A stretch of DNA of 64,000 bases. Source: an uncultured Chthonomonadaceae bacterium. GTDB taxonomy: Bacteria > Armatimonadota > Chthonomonadetes > Chthonomonadales > Chthonomonadaceae. This document shows positions 55,450-64,000 of this stretch, in pieces. The notes beneath the pieces are model-generated. The model was not told the origin of the DNA and did not search any database. It saw nothing but the letters and a program-made list of their open reading frames with translations. The stretch spans positions 192,001 to 256,000 of the forward strand of contig CAWFQB010000014.1 of assembly GCA_963817895.1 (NCBI GenBank), read 5' to 3'. Within the stretch, counting starts at the first letter, position 1; the number at the start of each line of letters is the position of its first letter. A program made the translations under genes and the position numbers.

Positions 55450-56559
55450 ATGCTGCCTGAGACAAGCCGCGCCGCTATCCTGCCCGCTCCGGGCGCAGAA
55501 CCGCAAGTTCGCTCGTATCCTGTTCCCGCTATGGAGCCGGGAGCCATTCTGCTGCAAACGCTCGCCTCGGAAGTGTGCGGCACGGACGTTCATTTATGGC
55601 ACGGGCGTTTCGCCGGAGTTCCCTACCCGCTCATCCCCGGCCACGTCAGCATCGGCATTGTCGAAAATGTAGCTGGCAATGTCCGCGATGTAAATGAGCA
55701 GCCCATCCAATGCGGCGATATTGTAACCTTTCTGGACGTGCATGGAACCTGTAACCAATGCTGGTACTGCCTTGTCGCCAAAGCCACCACACGCTGCCCC
55801 CATCGCCGCGTGTACGGCATCACGATGGGCGCCGACGACGTTCCCGGCCTTGCCGGGGGCTGGAGCGAACGCATCTATTTACGCCCCGGAACCAAAATCA
55901 TTCGCCTCGCCCCCAACGTCACTCCCGACGCCTGGATTGGAGGCGGATGCGGCCTGCCCACTGCCGTACACGCCGTCGAACTTGCGCGTATTCGGTTAGG
56001 AGATCGTGTTCTCATTCAGGGCAGCGGCCCCGTGGGACTGAGCGCCTGCGCCCTCGCCCTGTTGAGCGGCGCGAGTTGGGTCGGCATCATCGGCGCTCCC
56101 CCCGCCCGCCTGGAAGCCGCCCGCAAAATCGGCGCGGATTGGACATGCGATCTACAGCGGCATAATCGAGACGAACGCCTCCGCTTCGTCCGAGATGCAA
56201 CGAACGGACACGGCCCCGACATCGTGATTGAAGCCAGCGGCAGCCCGAACGCCATTCCCGAAGGCTGCGAACTTGTCCGCGACGCGGGCCGCTACATCGT
56301 TGTTGGGCAGTATACCGACAACGGCGACATTCCCATTAACCCGCATCTGCACATCAACAAAAAACATCTCGAAATTCAGGGCTGCTGGGGTTCGGATTTC
56401 TCCCATGTCTATCGCGCAATGGAAATCATGGCCCGCTTCGACTCTCGAATTGGTTGGGCCAATCTCATTTCGCACCGTTACGCGCTGAAAAATGTTGGCG
56501 ACGCCCTGCGCGATGTAGAACAGGGCCGCGTCATCAAAGCCGTCGTCATACCCAGATAA
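55450..56559 (+). CDS. Zinc-dependent medium-chain alcohol dehydrogenase
   Basis: VCGTDVH, IPGH, C..C.YC...RC, GSGPVG. Confidence 0.9.
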   Translation: MLPETSRAAILPAPGAEPQVRSYPVPAMEPGAILLQTLASEVCGTDVHLWHGRFAGVPYPLIPGHVSIGIVENVAGNVRDVNEQPIQCGDIVTFLDVHGTCNQCWYCLVAKATTRCPHRRVYGITMGADDVPGLAGGWSERIYLRPGTKIIRLAPNVTPDAWIGGGCGLPTAVHAVELARIRLGDRVLIQGSGPVGLSACALALLSGASWVGIIGAPPARLEAARKIGADWTCDLQRHNRDERLRFVRDATNGHGPDIVIEASGSPNAIPEGCELVRDAGRYIVVGQYTDNGDIPINPHLHINKKHLEIQGCWGSDFSHVYRAMEIMARFDSRIGWANLISHRYALKNVGDALRDVEQGRVIKAVVIPR

Positions 56560-56597
56560 GGAACTCTTACACTGACCACTCCCAACTCCAAAAACGC

Positions 56598-57289
56598 TTG
56601 CCCGCATCCCTGCGACTTTCGCCTGACCCGCGTTTTAGATCGGGGTTGGGGCGAAATGGCGTTTGAATATCGCTGGAACTCTACTTCCTACCCCTCTAAT
56701 GACACTGCCAGCCGCGATAACTCCAACACTACTCCCGCAGATATTCTCGATCTGGAACACTGCTTCCTATACGAATTGACCACGTATGCGGACAATAAAG
56801 GAACGTACCGGAACGGCTATTTCACGCCGCCTAATCCTCCCTTTGCAGAGTGGTGGTTCCGCGATCCAACTGACGGGCGTACCGCTCCCGTTGCGCTCGG
56901 ATATTTTGCCGCCTCGCCAGGTTGGGCTTGGGATCGTCACAAATTACACGGAAAACTTGTCATACCTGATGTCTCCGTGACACCTGTTGAGCCTTCTTAT
57001 GCCATCAAAGCAACACAGCAGTACCGATTTCATTGTGAACGTTGCGGAACGGATGCGATTGTTTCCGGTCCCGCTTCCGGCCCCCATGCCATTCGTTCGA
57101 ACATTCGCGCCACTCAATGCCAATCTACCCGCCAATCCTTTATTTGATTGGCTGCTTAGAGCTAATGACACAATCTGGCGATACACATTCCAAAAACACG
57201 GCCATAAGGCTACTCTCGATATCAATGCAAATGGGCGCTATATTAACGACAGCGCACATCTCGGTAACGGTTCCTTTTCAACATTTTAA
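56598..57289 (+). CDS. Hypothetical protein (frameshifted; start approximate)
   Basis: ORFs 56656..57147 and 56987..57289 join; followed by hairpin 57291-57321. Confidence 0.55.
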
Positions 57290-57438
57290 AATAGCCCCTC
57301 TCTGGTTTTTTGAGAGGCTATATAAAAACATTTTTCTCCACATGGTAGCATCCTTCTACTTTGCGCGTCCTGCTGCTGTGAACAAAGTTCATCATCTTTC
57401 ATTTTCGCTGTTTGCCCGTTTCTGGAGAGGGTTCCTCA

Positions 57439-58487
57439 TTGGATAGTAACAAGCAAGGACAGGCGCTCACGTCCGCCCTCGCCGATACTCTCCCCCTGCG
57501 CGTGTCGTTTACGCGCAGGGATACGCTGTTACCTTCGCTGGAACGTCTGGTCGCGGAGGTTCGTCCCGCCGTTCGCCGCCGCTTACAGCAAAAAGGCATT
57601 TCCGGCGAGGAACTGGAAGACCTGCACCTTGAAGCGCTGGAACGGTTTTCCGGCGCATTGACCCGGCGCAGCCAGTGCAGCGACAAAAACCAAATAGATG
57701 TTGAAGACCCGACGCGCTACGCCCTTGCTGTCGCGGATACGGTTTTCGACGATCATCTGCGCCGGACGCGACCCAACTGGTGCAGGCTGAAACGGCGCAT
57801 TTTATACCTGCTCGACAACACGCAACATCAGAAACTGTTCGCGCGCTGGAAACATCGTACTGCCTGGATCGCCGGCTTCACCCGCTGGAATCTGCATCCT
57901 TTTCGGCCAGGCGCGCGGTATCACGCTTTTTGCAATCGTCCCGCCCTGTTCTGCCAGCAGGAATTGGGCAATCAGGAACCCGATAAATTCCGTTGCCTGC
58001 CCTGATGGCGCATCTGTTCCGATGGCTTGGCACACCCGTAGAAGTGGACGAACTGACCACGCATCTGGCGGCCCTGCAAAACATCACGGACGCCCGCCTG
58101 CTTTCCCTTGAAGGCATGGCGGAAGAGTCGGGCGCATCCGTGGATTACTGGCTCCCGCCTTCGCCCGAAGATGTATCCGCCTGCGTCCTGGACGCGATAG
58201 AGGGAGAAACATTTCGCGTTCAGTTGTGGCAGATTGTTTGCAGCCTGCCTCTCCGCCAGCGCCATGCCCTTCTGCTCGGCATGTCCTCGGATGAGCTGCT
58301 GCTGATGGCTCCCACAAGCGATATAGCCGCTATGCTGGAAATGTCCTGCGACGCGCTGAACAACATCTGGTGCGACCTGCCGCTTGCGGATAACCAGATC
58401 GCGCCGCGTCTGGAAATCACGCCCAAACAGGTTTCCAACCTGCGCAAATGCGCCCGCGAACGAATTGCGCGAAATTTGAAACTATGA
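57439..58487 (+). CDS. ECF-like sigma-70 family factor with long central insertion (frameshift near 57995)
   Basis: SD GGAGAGG + TTG 57439; region-2-like ELEDLHLEAL..YALAVADTVFDDHLRR; region-4-like SLPLRQRHALLL..IAPRLEITPKQVSNLRKCARERI. Confidence 0.75.
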
Positions 58488-60190
58488 ACGCCTGCCCAAC
58501 ATCCGACAACCTTGCCCGCTATCGCGGCGGAACCCTGACCGATGCAGCCGACATACGCGCTTTTGAAGACCATCTGCGCCAGTGTTCCTCCTGCCGCGAA
58601 AGCCTGCGCCGCCAGACCGCGTATGCCGCCGTTCCTCTCGCCGCCCGCCTGATGCCGCAGCCGGATCAATCCCTGCATCTGTCAGACGCGGAAATGCTGG
58701 TTTTCGTTCGCGGGCAAATGGAAGACGTGGAACTGGAAGTTGTTCACTCGCATCTGGAACTATGCGGGCAATGCCGCGCCGATGTTGCCGAACTACAGGC
58801 GTTTGAACGCCAGATGCAGGACGACAAATTCAGCCATGTGGAAGAGCGCCTTGCCCACCCTTCCCTGCGCGAACGCTGCGAATCCGCGTTCTCCACATTC
58901 GTTCACGCCTTCGGCGTCGGCAGCCTGCGCAACGCCCTCAATGGATGGAACAGTCGCACTCTCAATTACAGGCTTGGGCTTGGCCTTGTGTTGGGCGTCC
59001 TTGCCGGTTTGCTGTTACAGAGCCGCGCTTCAGCCTGAGCGATGTTCAAAATGTTTTTCTTGCCCTGTTGCAGGCGCTTGCCACGCCTTTCATTTTTGTC
59101 GCTATCACGCATACCCTGATGGATGCGGATGTTACGGGGCGCATGGCGCGGCGTCTTGCCTATCTCGCCCTATCCAATACCCTCGTTGCCGTCTGCATCG
59201 GCCTGTTCGTCGGCGCGGTCGCCAAACCCGGCGTCAATTCCGGCTTCAATATACCCACTTACGCTTTGCAGCGCGACGCTTTGGGCAGCCTGACCGCGCA
59301 GGTTCCCCGCACTCTGTTTCAGCCCCTGCTGGACAACCATATTCTGTTTACCGTGCTGATAGCCGTCGCGTTCGGCATGGCCCTGCGCATGGCGCGGCAG
59401 GAACAAATCAAAGAGCGCCATAAAGACTATCAGGTAGTTGGGGCAGTGCTGTCTTCCATTTATCGCAGCCTGACCATCATGCTGAACTGGGTTGTCGCGC
59501 TCGTGCCGTTCGCCGTATTCGCCGCCGCCGCCGAACTCGTGGGAACGCGCCACTGGCGCGATTTTCAATCTCTGTTTCACTTCTTCGCCGCGGTTCTTTT
59601 CGCCCTGTTCCTGCAAATCTCGTTTTACCTGATCCGTTTATGGTTCCGTGCCGCCATGCCACCCCAAAAATTTTTACGGGGCGCATGGGCCGCCGTTCTG
59701 ACCGCCTTTTCAACCGCCAGTTCCGCCGCGACGATCCCGATTACCTATACCAGCGTGCGGGATCGCGTCGGTGTGCGGGAACGTTCCGCCAGACTTGGAG
59801 TCTTAGTCGGCGCGCATTTCAACCGGGACGGCACGGCCCTGTACGAAGCCATCACGCCAATTTTCATCGCGCAGGCGCTTGGTCGCCACCTTGATTTTAC
59901 GCAGCAGATTGTCATCGTATTTATGGCGATTATCGCCTGCATTGCCGCCCCCGGCGTTCCACAGGCAGGCTTGGTAACAATGGTTCTGGTGTTAAAAGCC
60001 GTTGATCTTCCCATCTGGTGCATCGGCTGGCTGCTTCCCCTCGACTGGCTGCTGGATCGTTTCCGAACCGCCGTCAACGTTTTGGGCGGCATGACCGATG
60101 ACCTGCCTGCTGGATCGCCGCAGCATCCCCTATCCCAGCAGCGAACATCCAGAACACGCAGAACCATTGGAACCCGAAGTCGTCAACTGA
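58484..60190 (+). CDS. Double zinc-finger anti-sigma (ZAS) domain fused to a DAACS dicarboxylate/amino acid:cation symporter domain (frameshifts at ~59035 and ~60098)
   Basis: HLRQCSSC and HLELCGQC lie in the same frame as DAACS TM1; then [50 protein letters not shown]. Confidence 0.75.
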
Positions 60191-60305
60191 CGCACCAGTC
60201 TTTTTTATGCTGTCCCTTTTTTTGATAAGCCCCTCTCCCAGGCTTTTTTGGGAGAGGGGTTGGGGTGAGGGCTAACGCCTTCCGTTACGTCAGGAGTTTT
60301 TCGTT

Positions 60306-61630
60306 ATGGCACACGACGCGCATGGAACATCCTCTGCACCAACCGGCAAGGGCTTCTGGGCCGCTTACAATCGTGTCCCTCTGTTTGTCCGCATTTTAGT
60401 TGCCATGACCTTCGGCATCATCTTGGGCGAACTGCTGCCACCTGCAACTATGCTGCAAATCGCGCCCTCTCTTAAAATCGTCAGTGACACCGTGTTGCAG
60501 TTGCTCAAACTGCTCGCCACGCCGCTTATCTTTATCGCCGTCGTTCACGCCATCTACAAAGCGCAGGCCAGCGGCAAAACCGCCAGCCGTCTGTTCATTC
60601 TGCTGATACGCAACACCGTTGTCGCCATCGCCATCGGCCTGCTTGTGGCGAATGTTCTTCAGCCCGGACGGTGGGCCCATGTCGCCAATACCGGAGAACG
60701 GTTGGCGAAAAAGCCCTCCAACTTCTTTCTGGACTTGATCGAAAAGATTCCCGCCAACCTCATTGACCCGCTTCAGCATAACGAGATCATCTCCATCCTC
60801 ATACTTGCCGTCGCGTTCGGTGTTGCCATGCGGATAGTGCGCGACCAGCAGACTCGCGACGGCAAAACGCGGAGTTCACACCATTGGCGACCTGCTGGAT
60901 ACAGGCTTCAGCATCGTCATGGTCATGCTGCACTGGATTTTCGCCATCGTGCCGCTTGCCGTGTTCGCCGTTGTCACTCGACAGGTCGGCACGAACGGCG
61001 TCAAGCCGCTTATCGGCATGATCGGCTTCGTAATCGCCGTCGTTCTCGCGTTGGGGCTACAGGCGGTCTGGTATCTGGGAAACGTGCGATTTTACTCGTG
61101 GGTGCGCCCCGGCCAGTTTCTGCGCGGCGCGTCCGACGCTCTCGTGATGGCGTTTTCCACCGCCAGTTCCGCCGCCACCCTTCCCGTAACCTATGCCTGC
61201 ATGAAAGATAAAATCGGAGTGCGCGAAGAATCCGCCGGATCTGGGCGTAATGGTGGGCGGCACGTTCAATCACGACGGAACCGCGCTGTACGAGGCGATG
61301 GCCGCCCTGTTCATCGGCCAGATGTTAGGGCAGCATCTTAATCCCGGGGAACAAATCAAAGTGGTAATAATGTCCGTATTCGCGTCTGTGGGCGCGGCAG
61401 GCATCCCCGAAGCCGGATTAGTAACGATGCTGGCCGTGTTCTCCGCCGTGAACCTCCCAACGGAATACATTGCCCTGCTCCTGCCGCTCGACTGGTTCTT
61501 AGACCGCTGTCGCACTGCCGTCAACGTCATGGGCGACATGAGCGTCACCTGCATGATAGACGGCAAAACTCCTCCAACTGTCGCGCAACAACATGTTGAG
61601 GAAGCAAACAACGCCAGTATAGCCCTCTAA
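60306..61630 (+). CDS. DAACS-family dicarboxylate/amino acid:cation symporter (frameshifted)
   Basis: [63 protein letters not shown]. Confidence 0.9.
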
Positions 61631-61681
61631 AATTTACTTTATGCAGGAATGGGCTTCGCACCTCTTCAACAGTACGAAATG

Positions 61682-64000
61682 TCAGCGTTCCGGGTCGTAG
61701 TTCAGGTTGGGCGCGAGCCAGCGTTCTACCGTTGTGATTTCCATCCCCTTACGTTTCGCGTAATCCTCGACCTGATCTTTTTCAATTTTGCCGACCGGAA
61801 AATAGCGCGACGCGGGATGCTGAATGTAAAAGCCGGATACGCTGCTGGCCGGGTGCATGGCGAAACTCTCCGTCAGGCAGATTCCCGTCTTGTCTTCCAC
61901 CGTCATCAGGTCGAACAGCGTCCGTTTTTCCGTATGGTCCGGGCAGGCCGGATAACCGGGCGCGGGCCGAACGCCCCGATACCGCTCTTTAACCAAATCT
62001 TCCGCGCTCAGATTTTCGTTCCGCCCATATCCCCACTCATCCCGAATGATCTTATGCAGTCGCTCCGCAAACGCCTCCGCCAGTCTGTCCGCCAGCGCAT
62101 CCGCCATAATCGCGTTATAATCGTCATGCTCCGCCCTGAACTTCGCCTTCATCTCGTCCACGCCAATCCCCGCCGTCACCGCAAACCCGCCGAAATGATC
62201 CGCCAGACCCGTTGCTTTCGGCGCAACATAATCCGCTAGACACAGGTTGATGGTTGAGGGTTCTCCCTTCTCCTGCTTCTCCTCTTCTTCTCTTCTCCTT
62301 TTCTTCCCCGTTCCCCTCTTTGTCCATTTGCTGACGCAGGAAGTGGAAGCGGGTCAGAACTTCGGAACGGCTCTCATCCGTGTACAATTCCACATCATCG
62401 CCCACGCTGTTGGCGGGGAACAGGCCATACACGGCGCGGGCGGTCAGCAGTTTGTTTGCCACGATATGCTTCAGCAACGTCTGCGCCTCCTCGTACACTT
62501 TCTGCGCCGCTTCGCCCACAACCGCATCGTCCAAAATAGCCGGGAAGCGTCCATGCAGTTCCCACGTATGGAAGAACGGCGTCCAGTCAATGTACGGAAC
62601 CAATTCTTCCAGCGGGTAGTTGTTCAGGACGCGAACGCCCGTAAATTCCGGCTGCGAAACGTCTTCCGCCTTCCAATCTATCACGGTACGGCGTTTTCGC
62701 GCTTCGGTCAGCGGCAGCATCTTCTTTTCCACGCGCCGCGCCGCGTACTGTTCGCGCAATGCATCCTGTTCCAACCGGTTCCGCTCCGCATAGTCCGACT
62801 TCTGCTCCTCGCTCAACAAGGCGCTGACAACGCCCACCGCCCGCGACGCATCCAGCACATGCACGACTTCCTTATTGTAAGCAGGCGCGATTTTGATGGC
62901 GGTATGCGCCCGGCTCGTGGTCGCGCCGCCAATCAGCAGCGGAACCTCAAAGCCCCGCCGCTTCATTTCGCTCGCGACATGCATCATCTCATCCAGCGAG
63001 GGCGTAATCAGGCCGCTCAATCCGATAATGTCTACATTTTGATCTATAGCCGTTTGCAGTATCTTCTCCGTGGAAACCATCACGCCCAGATCAATCACCT
63101 CGTAGTTGTTGCAGCCCAGCACGACGCCCACGATGTTCTTGCCGATGTCATGCACATCGCCCTTGACGGTCGCCATCAGCACCTTGCCCTGCGCTTTCAC
63201 TTCCCCGCCCGACGCCCGCAACGCGTCCTTTTCCGCTTCCATATAGGGCAGCAGCACGGCAACGGCCTTCTTCATCACCCGCGCCGATTTCACCACTTGC
63301 GGCAGAAACATCTTGCCCGCGCCGAACAGATCGCCCACGATGTTCATGCCGTCCATCAGCGGCCCCTCGATTACGCTCAGCGGCCTGTCGTACTTCTGCC
63401 GCGCTTCTTCCACATCCGCCTCGATATAATCGGTTACGCCCTTCACAAGCGCATGGGACAGCCGCTCCTCGACCGTTCCCAACCGCCATTCCTCTTGTTC
63501 GGCCTTATCTTTCTTCTTCTCGCCCTTCACCGTTTCCGCAAACGCAAGCAGGCGTTCGGTAGAATCGGCGCGGCGATTGAGCAGCACATCCTCAACCAGT
63601 TCCAGCAGGTCTTTCGGTATCGTGTCATATACCGCGAGCTGCCCCGCGTTCACAATGCCCATGTCCATTCCGGCGTTGATGGCGTGGTACAAAAAGGCGG
63701 AGTGCATCGCCTCGCGCACGACATTGTTGCCCCGGAACGAAAACGAAATATTGCTCACGCCGCCCGATACCTTCGCGCCCGGTAAATTCTGCTTGATCCA
63801 GCGCGTCGCTTCGATAAAATCAACGGCGTAGTTGTTATGCTCTTCCAGCCCCGTCGCAACCGTCAGAATGTTGGGGTCAAAGATAATGTCTTCGGCGGGA
63901 AAGCCAATCTCTTCCGTCAAGATTTTGTACAGCCGTTCGCAAACCTCAATCTTGCGGGCGTAGCTGTCCGCCTGCCCCTTCTCATCAAACGCCATCACAA
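61682..64000 (-). CDS. metH: Cobalamin-dependent methionine synthase, 3' part (5' end outside the window; frameshift near 62240)
   Basis: [59 protein letters not shown]. Confidence 0.97.

Noticed and set aside
59036..59038. TGA as a possible selenocysteine codon, given selB nearby
   Set aside because: The DAACS sequence continues in a different frame, so read-through would not restore it; a missing C explains it
62247..63785. 512-aa ORF antisense to metH
   Set aside because: Shadow ORF with no protein-like motifs

Overview
Core-genome bacterial DNA of moderately high GC; gene content and protein style suggest Armatimonadota (inference). It holds about 50 genes plus tRNA-Ala(GGC): proS, a PilT-family ATPase, fabI, selB, dapF, hfq, miaA, guaA-hpt-rho, gcvT/gcvH, a Liv-type ABC transporter, several GT-C-type glycosyltransferases, mtnP and the 3' part of metH. 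Many genes, including essential ones, are broken by 1-nt indels, which points to an unpolished long-read assembly, so many coordinates are approximate. The most interesting locus (57.4-61.6 kb) is an ECF-like sigma factor translationally coupled to a protein with two zinc-finger anti-sigma (HxxxCxxC) motifs fused to a whole DAACS (GltPh-like) transporter domain with altered ion-coupling residues. A second, stand-alone DAACS transporter follows it, suggesting a transporter-as-sensor system. Also notable: an invariant 14-mer resembling a Xer/dif arm, paired with perfect palindromes, at 4 of 6 convergent gene junctions; extra hydrophobic hairpins inserted in both LivH and the LivG ATPase domain; 7-8-nt tandem repeats inside coding sequences; and a long leader ahead of guaA-hpt-rho.
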